Virus record (IMG/VR): IMGVR_UViG_2698536505_000004 | Reading direction: 5' to 3' (one strand) | Origin: a virus | Taxonomy: Duplodnaviria; Heunggongvirae; Uroviricota; Caudoviricetes | Length of the DNA stretch: 13,072 nt | In this document: positions 1 through 11,065 of the stretch, in pieces | How the letters are laid out: every line of letters begins with the position of its first letter | Position numbering within the stretch: the first letter of the stretch is position 1 | Translations under genes and position numbers: made by a program | The notes under the pieces: generated by a model | The model's database searches: none | What the model was told of the DNA's origin: nothing | Seen by the model: the letters and a program-made list of their open reading frames with translations, nothing else

Positions 1-124
1 AAAGTGAAGACGTAAAGCTTCAGTGATCCAGGTCCGGTGTTTCATACGATAGTGTCCATTAAAAATGATGGACATTATTTTTGTAGAGCCGGAGGAAACA
101 GACCAGACGGTTTAAATGAGCCGG

Positions 125-256
125 TTACTTAACTTTTGCCAGACGCGACCAGTCAACGTCTGAAAGCGGATTCGCATAAGGGTCACCGCTCCCCTTATAA
201 ACCCACAGGGTGGTCCCGGCACCTTTCACCGGCATTGTAGGATTTGGTACAGGCAT
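125..256 (-). pseudogene. V: Truncated major tail protein gpV (N-terminal 43 codons, then TAA)
   Basis: Minus-strand ATG at 254-256 translates to [43 protein letters not shown] then stop at 125-127. This matches the N-terminus of lambda gpV (about 246 aa full length) as I recall it. Correct 7-nt spacing after U stop. Sequence below about 128 no longer follows lambda. Confidence 0.7.
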
Positions 257-263
257 AGCGTCC

Positions 264-659
264 TCACATTTCATAGGTAATGACATAAGTCAGATCGGCT
301 GAACTCCACAGGCCCGCATCATCGTCGCGCCGGTAGTCATAGCCGCTGGCCACCATACTGGTGATCAAATCTGACAGTGCCGGGATATCGCTCATCACCG
401 GATAAATCCGGGACTCCATCCACGCATCCAGCTCTGAATCCGGCACCTGAGCAGGCAGGAAAACTTCGATATGCAGCTCCGCCTGCCAGGTATCGCTGTC
501 CAGCTCTTCGCCCGTGTATTCAGCGCCGGTGAGATAAACGGCAACTGCCGGAAAATCCGCCTCATCAAAAACAGCGGGGCGACCATCAAAAAGCGTCGCC
601 CCGGTGTCATGCTTCTCCAGTGCATCCAGTACGGCTGCACGGAGTTCAGTATGTTTCAT
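264..659 (-). CDS. U: Tail terminator protein gpU
   Basis: 131-aa [51 protein letters not shown]... is essentially identical to lambda gpU as recalled. 4-nt overlap with Z as in lambda. Confidence 0.93.
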
Positions 660-1234
660 CGCTTTATTACCATTCTCAGTTGATGCTGCAGCGCATAGCC
701 CAGCTCTTTCGGAAGACGTTCACGCCGTATCCGTTCAATATTCTGTTTAAACGCCGTGGTAAGCGGCACCGCCATCGGGATTTTCACCACATCAATGGGG
801 TAACGGTTTTTCCCGGCCACACGCTGCATGACATGCCACCGGCCATTTTTCAGTTGCTGAATAAACGCGCCGGGAATACGACGGTTTCCCACCACAAGCA
901 CGCTGCCGCCACCTTTCAGGGATGAACGCTGCCCCTTTTTACGACGTCTGCGGCGGGAAAGGACAACCCGCGCGTTACCCAGCTTGATTACGGGCAAATC
1001 CCCCCGATTAACCCTGATTCTGGCCTGCGGATTTTTGACCGTGGCCCTTTTCAGCCTGGCCCTTTCCTTTACCAGTTTCCGGCGTACCTTTGTCTCACGG
1101 GCAACCTGTGCCACCGACTGCGATATCGCGGATGAAGCAACGCGGTTAATGGCCATTGCGGCGGCACCGGGCACCGCCGTTCTGCTGATACGGCTGAGGT
1201 TTTCAACGGCCTGCTCAAGACCTTTTATGGCCAT
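656..1234 (-). CDS. Z: Tail completion protein gpZ
   Basis: 192-aa ORF MAIKGLEQAVENLSRIS... matches lambda gpZ in sequence and length. Position between FII and U. Confidence 0.93.
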   Translation of the reverse strand: MAIKGLEQAVENLSRISRTAVPGAAAMAINRVASSAISQSVAQVARETKVRRKLVKERARLKRATVKNPQARIRVNRGDLPVIKLGNARVVLSRRRRRKKGQRSSLKGGGSVLVVGNRRIPGAFIQQLKNGRWHVMQRVAGKNRYPIDVVKIPMAVPLTTAFKQNIERIRRERLPKELGYALQHQLRMVIKR

Positions 1235-1245
1235 ACATCCCCCTT

Positions 1246-1599
1246 TCAGCGGCGACGGTTAACGGCAGGCGGTACGCCCCGCCCAAGCCAGAGATGACAG
1301 CTTCCGCCATCATCCGGCGAAATCCGGTCTATCCAGAAGTTTTCCTCACCGATGGTCAGCGTGTCGCCGCGCCGCAGCTGCCGCACATCATCAGTCCGGA
1401 CAAACAGGGACGGGCTGGAGCCTTCAACGCGCACGCCCTGTCCGGCATAGCTGATATTTTCAGGGTCATCAAAAACACCACGTATCACAGCACCGGACTG
1501 CTCACCGGATGTCATGGTGGCTGACGTTCCCATGTACCCGCGTATCGTTTCATCGGCGCAGGCAATGGCAGCATCGAACAGGTTATCGAAATCAGCCAC
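1246..1599 (-). CDS. FII: Head-tail connector protein gpFII
   Basis: 117-aa ORF MADFDNLFDAAIACADETIRGYMGTSATMTSGEQSGAVIRGVFDDPENISYAGQGVRVEG... matches lambda gpFII in sequence and length. Confidence 0.93.
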   Translation of the reverse strand: MADFDNLFDAAIACADETIRGYMGTSATMTSGEQSGAVIRGVFDDPENISYAGQGVRVEGSSPSLFVRTDDVRQLRRGDTLTIGEENFWIDRISPDDGGSCHLWLGRGVPPAVNRRR

Positions 1600-1610
1600 A
1601 GCGCCTCCCG

Positions 1611-2006
1611 TTATTGCATTCTGGCCAGGCCGCGCTCTGTCATTTCAGCTGCCACACCGGCAGAGACACGGAACGCCGTTCCCGGCAGCACAAATGCCAC
1701 AGCCTCATCCCGCGTGGCGTGAAGTGCATCAGTATGCAGCGTCACCAGTGCCACAACCGTGACCAGATCAGCCGTATCAGTCACGGTATCCGGCTGCGCT
1801 GATACAACCTCATTTTCATGTCCGGTCAGCACATTTTCCGGGCTGAGAGGGGTATCCTGATCGGCAGTGTCGCCCGTGTCATCAAGCTCTTCTTCCAGCT
1901 CTGCCACACGGAGCGCCAGTTCTTCTTTCGTCCCCGTCAGGCTGATATCACGGTTCAGTTGTTCACCCAGCGAGCGGAGACGGGCAATCAGTTCATCTTT
2001 CGTCAT
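1611..2006 (-). CDS. FI: DNA packaging / head assembly protein gpFI
   Basis: Start chosen at internal MTKDELIARLRSLGEQLNRD... (131 aa), which is the lambda gpFI N-terminus. The longer track ORF (to 2045) is an upstream extension. The 41-nt E-FI spacer matches lambda. Confidence 0.9.
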   Translation of the reverse strand: MTKDELIARLRSLGEQLNRDISLTGTKEELALRVAELEEELDDTGDTADQDTPLSPENVLTGHENEVVSAQPDTVTDTADLVTVVALVTLHTDALHATRDEAVAFVLPGTAFRVSAGVAAEMTERGLARMQ

Positions 2007-2047
2007 GGACTCCTCCACAGAGAAACAATGGCCCCGAAGGGCCATGA

Positions 2048-3073
2048 TTACGCCAGTTGAACGGACACGAACTCATCAGGATCAGCCAGCAGCATCAGCG
2101 GTGCTGACTGAATCATGGTGAACTCTCGCGCCGGATCGCCGGATGTCTTCCAGTTTTTCGGATAACGGGGAGACGCATTAATACCCTCACTCAATGCATC
2201 CGCATCCTGAATACAGCCATAGGTGCGCAGACCGCGTGCATGAGTGTTACCCAGCACCATCGTGTTGTCCGGCAGGAAGTTCTTTTTGACGCCGTTTTCC
2301 ACGTACTGTCCGGAATACACGACGATGGCCACATCGCCATACATCCCCTTATAGGACACCGCTTTACCCAGGTCTTTCACCGCTGTCTCCAGCTCGGAAT
2401 GAGAGCCGCGACGGGTATCCAGCTTCTCCTTGACGGCTTTGAAGGAACGGAACAGCGCCCAGCCTTTCGGATCAAACACGATGATATTCACCACTCCGCT
2501 GGCGTTCAGCGCGTAGGCTTCGATATCGTCGGTCGGGTCATACGTGGACTTGTCACGCTTGCTCCACTCCGTGCCGCCGGACTGCGTGATGTTGTTCGCC
2601 GCACTGCGGCCCATATCCACCTCAACCGGATCGAAGGCTTCACCGGTCATGGTGTATTTGCCCTTGAGCACGGCAGAAACTGCCTGCATCTCTTCGACCT
2701 GAGCAATGGCCAGCTCTTCGTCACGCATGTTCTGCAGGATGATGCGACGGCGGCGGTAAGCCGGGTCCGCCAGATTCTGCGGATCTTCATCCGGCAGGCG
2801 ACGCAGGGTCATCTGCGGATTCACTTCATGCTTGGGTTTGACATATCCCGGCGTAAATTCAGAGGTGGAGCCGCCACGGGAACGGATAACCTCACCGGAA
2901 ACAATCGGCGAAACGTACAGCGCCATGTTTACCAGTCCCGGAATTTGTGAGAGATAGACTTTCTCCGTAGTGAAGGGATAGCTCTCACGGAAAAAGAGAC
3001 GCAGAAACAGCGGATCAAACTTAAATTTCTGCTCATTTGCCGCCAGCAGCTGGGCGGTTGTGTACATCGACAT
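2048..3073 (-). CDS. E: Major capsid protein gpE (HK97-fold)
   Basis: 341-aa protein starting MSMYTTAQLLAANEQKFKFDPLFLRLFFRESYPFTTEKVYLSQIPGLVNMALYVSPIVSGEV..., recognised as lambda gpE. ATG at 3071-3073. The track ORF extends to a GTG at 3100. The 55-nt D-E spacer matches lambda. Confidence 0.95.
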   Translation of the reverse strand: MSMYTTAQLLAANEQKFKFDPLFLRLFFRESYPFTTEKVYLSQIPGLVNMALYVSPIVSGEVIRSRGGSTSEFTPGYVKPKHEVNPQMTLRRLPDEDPQNLADPAYRRRRIILQNMRDEELAIAQVEEMQAVSAVLKGKYTMTGEAFDPVEVDMGRSAANNITQSGGTEWSKRDKSTYDPTDDIEAYALNASGVVNIIVFDPKGWALFRSFKAVKEKLDTRRGSHSELETAVKDLGKAVSYKGMYGDVAIVVYSGQYVENGVKKNFLPDNTMVLGNTHARGLRTYGCIQDADALSEGINASPRYPKNWKTSGDPAREFTMIQSAPLMLLADPDEFVSVQLA

Positions 3074-3128
3074 AAAAAAATCCCGTAAAAAAAGCCGCAC
3101 AGGCGGCCTTTAGTGATGAAGGGTAAAG

Positions 3129-3461
3129 TTAAACGATGCTGATTGCCGTTCCGGCAAACGCGGTCCGTTTTTTCGTCTCGTCGCTGGCAGCCTCCGGCCA
3201 GAGCACATCCTCATAACGGAACGTGCCGGACTTGTAGAACGTCAGCGTGGTGCTGGTCTGGTCAGCATCAACCGCCAGAATGCCAACGGCAGCACCGTCG
3301 GTGGTGCCATCCCACGCAACCAGCTTACGGGTGGAGGTATCCAGCATCAGCGGGGTCATTGCAGGCGCTTTCGCACTCAATCCGCCGGGCGCGGTTGCCG
3401 TATGTGCCGGGTCACTGTTGCCCAGCGGCTGGTAATGGGTAAAGGTTTCTTTGCTCGTCAT
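3129..3461 (-). CDS. D: Head decoration protein gpD
   Basis: 110-aa protein [43 protein letters not shown]...[10 protein letters not shown] matches lambda gpD. An AAGGGA Shine-Dalgarno lies 8 nt upstream of the ATG at 3459-3461. 9-nt gap after C/Nu3 stop as in lambda. Confidence 0.95.
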   Translation of the reverse strand: MTSKETFTHYQPLGNSDPAHTATAPGGLSAKAPAMTPLMLDTSTRKLVAWDGTTDGAAVGILAVDADQTSTTLTFYKSGTFRYEDVLWPEAASDETKKRTAFAGTAISIV

Positions 3462-3470
3462 AAACATCCC

Positions 3471-4076
3471 TTACACTGGTGTGTTCAGCAAATCGTTAAC
3501 GGCATCAGATGCCGGGTTACCTGCAGCCAGCGGTGCCGGTGCCCCCTGCATCAGACGATCCAGCGCAGTGTCACTGCGCGCCTGTGCACTCTGTGGTGCT
3601 GCGGCCAGAATACGGCGGGCCGTTTCCACGGTCATACCGGGGGTTTCGGCCAGCACGCATGCCTGTTCTTCGCGTCCGTGAGCCTCCTCACAGTTGAGGA
3701 TCCCCATAATGCGACTGTTTTCTGCCGCAACCGCTGCGGTGATCTGCGCGTTCACGTCCGGCTGCGCAGCGCTGGCGTTCTCGCCCTCCGTCGCTTGCAC
3801 CACGCCAGTAACGTCAGCCTGCGAAGCAGTGGCTGAAACAGTTGTTGATTGAGTCTCTTTGGTCATTCGCCCTCCTGAGAGACGGGATTTACGTGCATCC
3901 AGTGCATCACGCATGACGGTGATCGCATCGGTACTGTTCACAAGTTCATCAGCCAGTCCGGCATCAATGGCCTCCTGACCGCTGTACACTGCAGCCTCGG
4001 TATCCAGCACAGCCTGCACGGACAGGCCGGTATATGCCGACACCTTCTGTGCAAACATCCGGCGGGTTGCATCCAT
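3471..4076 (-). CDS. Nu3: Scaffolding protein Nu3 (in-frame internal start within C)
   Basis: In-frame ATG at 4074-4076 gives a 201-aa product MDATRRMFAQKVSAYTGLSVQAVLDTEAAVYSGQEAIDAGLADELV...NDLLNTPV sharing the C stop. Length and position equal lambda Nu3. Confidence 0.8.
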   Translation of the reverse strand: MDATRRMFAQKVSAYTGLSVQAVLDTEAAVYSGQEAIDAGLADELVNSTDAITVMRDALDARKSRLSGGRMTKETQSTTVSATASQADVTGVVQATEGENASAAQPDVNAQITAAVAAENSRIMGILNCEEAHGREEQACVLAETPGMTVETARRILAAAPQSAQARSDTALDRLMQGAPAPLAAGNPASDAVNDLLNTPV

Positions 4077-4770
4077 CCGGGACTGCAGTGTTTCCCGGAC
4101 ATCATCCGGTAGATGGCTGTAGGGGTTGCCATCCACCTTATGGCTGCCGCTGTAAATCAGCGTGATTTCCACGCCCTGTTTCTCCAGCGCAGCACCGTAA
4201 TTACTGTGAGCCATCATGACGCCGATGGAGCCTGTCCGGGCGGTCTGCGTGACCAGACGCCGGGAGGCGGCGCTGGCAAGCAGCTGACCTGCACTGCAGT
4301 TCATGTCGTTGGCCAGCGCCCATACCGGTTTTATGTCTCGCACACGGGCGATGATGTCAGCACAGTCAAATGCTCCCGCCACCATCCCGCCCGGTGTGTC
4401 CATATCCAGCAGAATGCCGTCCACCATCGGATCGCTGGCAGCCTGTTGCAGACGGGCGATAATGCCGTTGTAACCGGTCATCCCCGAATACGGCTGCAGC
4501 GCCCGCGTCCGGCTGACCAGCGTGCCGGACACCGGCAGCACGGCGATGCCGTTCATGACCTGATAACTGCGGGCCTGTCGTGGTCCGTCATCATCAACGG
4601 ATAACGCCAGCGCCGCGGGTGCCTCTCCGGCAGTCAGGCTGTCGCCGGACACCGCATCCGTCAGGCGGCTGATCCCAAGCTGGCCTGCAAGCGCACAAAA
4701 GAAAACCCGCGCATAGGCGGGTTCAAGCATCAGCGGCTCATTAAAGGCCATACTGGCAATATGCGGGAGA

Positions 4771-4790
<20 letters not shown>
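3471..4790 (-). CDS. C: Capsid assembly/maturation protease gpC (S49 peptidase family)
   Basis: 439-aa protein from GTG at 4788-4790 (VTAELRNLPHIASMAFNEPLMLEPAYARVFF...), with GAGGAG Shine-Dalgarno just upstream. 20-nt overlap with B stop, exactly as in lambda. The track ORF is extended upstream to 4925 through the B overlap. Confidence 0.9.
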
Positions 4791-8471
<3,681 letters not shown>

Positions 8472-8497
<26 letters not shown>

Positions 8498-9017
8498 TCA
8501 GCAACCCCGGTATCAGTTCATCCAGCGCGGCTGCTTTGTTCATGGCTTTGATGATATCCCGTTTCAGGAAATCAACATGTCGGTTTTCCAGTTCCGGAAA
8601 ACGCCGCTGCACCGACAGGGGGATCCCGTCGAGAATACTGGCAATTTCACCTGCGATCCGCGACAGCACGAAAGTACAGAATGCGGTTTCCACCACTTCA
8701 GCGGAGTCTCTGGCATTCTTCAGTTCCTGTGCGTCGGCCTGCGCACGCGTAAGTCGATGGCGTTCGTACTCAATAGTCCCTGGCTGGAGATCTGCCTCGC
8801 TGGCCTGCCGCAGTTCTTCAACCTCCCGGCGCAGCTTTTCGTTCTCAATTTCAGCATCCCTTTTGGCATACCATTTTATGACGGCGGCAGAGTCATAAAG
8901 CACCTCATTACCCTTGCCACCGCCTCGCAGAACGGGCATTCCCTGTTCCTGCCAGTTCTGAATGGTACGGATACTCGCACCGAAAATGTCAGCCAGCTGC
9001 TTTTTGTTGACTTCCAT
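8472..9017 (-). CDS. Nu1: Terminase small subunit gpNu1
   Basis: 181-aa ORF MEVNKKQLADIFGASIRTIQNWQEQGMPVLRGGGKGNEVLYDSAAVIKWYAKRDAEIENEKLRREVEEL... (winged-HTH N-terminus), recognised as lambda Nu1. Immediately downstream of cosB. Confidence 0.97.
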
Positions 9018-9019
9018 TG

Positions 9020-9160
9020 TTCATTCCACGGACAAAAACAGAGAAAGGAAACGACAGAGGCCAAAAAGCTCGCTTTCAGCACCTGTCGTTTCCTTTCTTT
9101 TCAGGGGGTATTTTAAATAAAAACATTAAGTTACGACGAAGAAGAACGGAAACACCTTAA
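9020..9160 (-). promoter_or_regulatory. cosB: Nu1 binding elements R1, R2, R3 and intervening AT-rich IHF (I1) region
   Basis: Reverse complement matches the lambda left-end sequence ...GTTTAAGG(C/T)GTTTCCGTTCTTCTTCG... (R3, about 9139-9154), AGAAAGGAAACGACAG (R2, about 9083-9098) and CTGTCGTTTCCTTTCTCTG (R1, about 9039-9056). The AT-rich block 9100-9130 sits between R3 and R2. Confidence 0.75.
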
Positions 9161-9194
9161 ACCGGAAAATTTTCATAAATAGCGAAAACCCGCG

Positions 9195-9206
9195 AGGTCG
9201 CCGCCC
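9195..9206 (-). other. cosN cohesive-end site (12-nt GGGCGGCGACCT on minus strand); cosQ expected in flanking 9207-9240
   Basis: Plus strand reads aggtcgccgccc at 9195-9206, the reverse complement of the lambda 12-nt cohesive end. It is flanked by CGCGGGTTTTCGCT (left-end side) and CGTAACCTGTCGGATC (right-end side). Confidence 0.88.
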
Positions 9207-9242
9207 CGTAACCTGTCGGATCGCCGGAAAGGACCCGCAAAA

Positions 9243-9257
9243 TGATAATAATTATCA
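9243..9257. promoter_or_regulatory. Perfect 7-1-7 inverted repeat TGATAAT-A-ATTATCA (Fur-box-like candidate operator)
   Basis: Read directly: tgataat a attatca at 9243-9257. It matches the 7-1-7 Fur box consensus TGATAATnATTATCA. Lies about 150 bp upstream of the plus-strand ylcI-like gene and next to cosQ. Confidence 0.35.
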
Positions 9258-9405
9258 TCTGCATGTCACAACGTGCATCTACGCCATCAAACCACGTCAA
9301 ATAATCAATTATGACGCAGGTATCATATTAATTGATCTGCATCAACTTAACGTAAAAACAACTTCAGACAATACAAATCAGCGACACTAAATACGGGACA
9401 ACCTC

Positions 9406-9639
9406 ATGTCAACGAAGAACAGAACCCGCAGAACAACAATCCGCAACATCCGCTTTCCTAACCAAATGATTGAACAAATTAACATCGCTCTTGATCAAAA
9501 AGGGTCCGGGAATTTCTCAGCCTGGGTCATTGAAGCCTGCCGCCGGAGACTGTGCTCAGAAAAAAGAGTTTCTCCTGAAGCAAACAAAGAAAAGAGTGAC
9601 ATTACTGAATTGCTCAGAAAACAGATCAGACCAGATTGA
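9406..9639 (+). CDS. ylcI: YlcI/YnfO-family (DUF3950) small protein, putative ribbon-helix-helix DNA-binding protein
   Basis: 77-aa ORF MSTKNRTRRTTIRNIRFPNQMIEQINIALDQKGSGNFSAWVIEACRRRL... resembles E. coli cryptic-prophage YlcI as recalled. The pattern basic strand (RNIRF), helix (MIEQINIAL), G-x-S/N turn, helix (AWVIEACRRRL) is typical of RHH/CopG-like folds (inference). Confidence 0.7.
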   Translation: MSTKNRTRRTTIRNIRFPNQMIEQINIALDQKGSGNFSAWVIEACRRRLCSEKRVSPEANKEKSDITELLRKQIRPD

Positions 9640-9695
9640 AGCAATTTAGATAATCGTGCAGACTACGCCCCTCATATCACATGGAAGGTACTACA

Positions 9696-10106
9696 ATGGC
9701 TCAGGTTGCCATTTTTAAACAAATATTCGATAAAGTGCGAAATAATTTAAACTATCACTGGTTTTATTCTGAACTAAAACGTCACAATGTCTCACATTAC
9801 ATTTACTATTTAGCTACAGAGAATATTCATCTTGTTCTTGAAAACGATAATACGGTTTTAATAAAAGGACAGGGTAAGGTTGTAAATGTAAGATTTTCAA
9901 AAAATAAATGCCTTATAGAAGCCACCTTAAAAGGATTCAAATCAGGAGAGTTATCATTTTACGAATACAGGAAAAATCTTGCTACAGCAGGGGTTTTCAG
10001 ATGGATTACAAATATCCACGAAAACAAAAGGTATTACTATACCTTTGATAATTCATTACTCTTTACTGAGAACATTCAGAACACTACACAAATATTTCCG
10101 CACTAA
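9696..10106 (+). CDS. DUF1398 (YbcV/YdfO-like) prophage protein of unknown function
   Basis: 136 aa from ATG 9696 ([11 protein letters not shown]...[39 protein letters not shown]...), with GGAAGG Shine-Dalgarno 6 nt upstream. The track ORF starts 15 nt earlier at 9681 without an SD. The FYEYR...AGVFRW motif recalls the DUF1398 family. AT-rich codon usage. Family call is from memory. Confidence 0.6.
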   Translation: MAQVAIFKQIFDKVRNNLNYHWFYSELKRHNVSHYIYYLATENIHLVLENDNTVLIKGQGKVVNVRFSKNKCLIEATLKGFKSGELSFYEYRKNLATAGVFRWITNIHENKRYYYTFDNSLLFTENIQNTTQIFPH

Positions 10107-10362
10107 ATCATAACGTCCGGTTTCTTCCGTGCCAGAACCGGACTCGCTGGCATGATGAAATATGTGTACCCGGTAACCCCGGTGTGCATCGTTTTTGATT
10201 ATTCCCGCACACTCGCGCAGAAGGAGTTCCCCGTCGGGCTACGGTCTCTGTTAATACGGGAATACGGCGACGATACAGCGCATGATGTGTCAGGCTTGAA
10301 TACCTTTATCCTTTAAAAGGGATATCAGTTAAGTTATCCCGTGTAGGGTATAAACCATTATC

Positions 10363-10390
10363 AAAGCCACTCTGTAGGAAGTGGCTTTTG
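10363..10390 (+). terminator. Rho-independent terminator for the plus-strand ylcI-like/DUF1398 transcript
   Basis: Perfect 9-bp stem aaagccact / agtggcttt (10363-10371 and 10380-10388) with 8-nt loop ctgtagga, followed by a T-run (ttttg). Confidence 0.55.
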
Positions 10391-10395
10391 TAATG

Positions 10396-10423
10396 GCAAT
10401 AAAAAGCCCCGCGAATGCGAGGC
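10396..10423 (-). terminator. Rho-independent terminator downstream of the lysis cassette (minus strand)
   Basis: On the minus strand: gcctcgc-attc-gcggggc hairpin (7 bp including one G-U pair, tetraloop) followed by TTTTTATT. Plus-strand coordinates 10406-10423 for the hairpin, A-run at 10398-10405. Confidence 0.55.
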
Positions 10424-10597
10424 TAAATCCTGGTATTTGTAATGACTGGTTCTTATCTCAACACAGCCCCTTACCGCGCGCAAAATGCTCAATATCAAGC
10501 ATCAGCAATGAGATGTTTAATCTGGATTCACTCCAGAAGTGAGCACCACCCTGTCTACAGAGCCAGATGTGAAGGATGATGAGTAAAATTATCGCTA

Positions 10598-11065
10598 TCA
10601 TCGAAGGCATTGCGTCCTGATGTATTCCTGAAGCGTTCTCAGTGCTGTTTGGTCGCGGATAATTCCGTCCCGGATACCGAGAACGTTTCGTCCAGCAACT
10701 GGAGAGAGTTCGACGGTGGCATCATTGCCCATGCCGGAGGCGCTGGAGGTTTCGGCTGAGGATGGCACAGGGCATTTTCCTTTGACGAGCACCCGACCAC
10801 CATTATCAAGCTTGCGCCGAAGAGCATCATTTTCAGCTTTCGCATCAGCTAACTCCTTCGTGTATTTATCATCGAGTGCATCAGCATCACGCTGGCGCTG
10901 CTGCATGTCAGTAATGGTGGCGTTCGCCTTCTCCAGTTCACTGGCCTTGTTATCGCGCTGTTCTTTGTAGGCGATTGCATTATCACGGTAATGATTAACA
11001 GCCCATGACAGGCAGACGATGATGCAGATAACCAGAGCGGAGATAATCGCGGTTACCCTGCTCAT
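10598..11065 (-). CDS. Rz: Rz inner-membrane spanin (i-spanin)
   Basis: 155 aa from ATG 11063-11065 ([31 protein letters not shown]...), a lambda Rz-like N-terminal transmembrane segment then a coiled-coil-like region. ATGA overlap with R stop. The C-terminal third differs from lambda Rz. Confidence 0.85.
   Translation of the reverse strand: MSRVTAIISALVICIIVCLSWAVNHYRDNAIAYKEQRDNKASELEKANATITDMQQRQRDADALDDKYTKELADAKAENDALRRKLDNGGRVLVKGKCPVPSSAETSSASGMGNDATVELSPVAGRNVLGIRDGIIRDQTALRTLQEYIRTQCLR
10639..10845 (-). CDS. Rz1: Rz1 outer-membrane lipoprotein spanin (o-spanin), embedded in Rz in the +1 frame
   Basis: 68-aa [48 protein letters not shown]... has a signal peptide with lipobox VVGC and a proline-rich mature part. 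AAGGAG Shine-Dalgarno 8 nt upstream. Wholly inside Rz, as for lambda Rz1. Confidence 0.78.
   Translation of the reverse strand: MRKLKMMLFGASLIMVVGCSSKENALCHPQPKPPAPPAWAMMPPSNSLQLLDETFSVSGTELSATKQH

Noticed and set aside
2240-2950. 236-aa plus-strand ORF antisense to the major capsid gene E
   Set aside because: Lies entirely within the well-supported minus-strand E gene, with no Shine-Dalgarno and no recognisable domains. Typical shadow ORF in GC-rich coding DNA. Other long plus-strand ORFs inside B, A, C, Nu1 and Z (for example 5938-6378, 6866-7342, 4113-4604, 8577-9116, 620-925, 1509-1802) are rejected for the same reason.
9243-9257. Calling the palindrome a definite Fur binding site
   Set aside because: The sequence match to the 7-1-7 consensus is perfect, but the region is AT-rich and functional assignment needs binding data. 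It is kept only as a low-confidence candidate operator.
10430-10597. Possible remnant of a bor-like lipoprotein gene between Rz and the terminators
   Set aside because: No ORF with a signal peptide and lipobox of suitable length on either strand. Plus-strand ATGs here terminate within a few codons. The region appears non-coding.
10716-10970. 84-aa plus-strand ORF antisense to Rz/Rz1, and 61-aa ORF (11305-11490) antisense to R
   Set aside because: Serine/alanine-rich shadow translations of the coding strand; no independent support.
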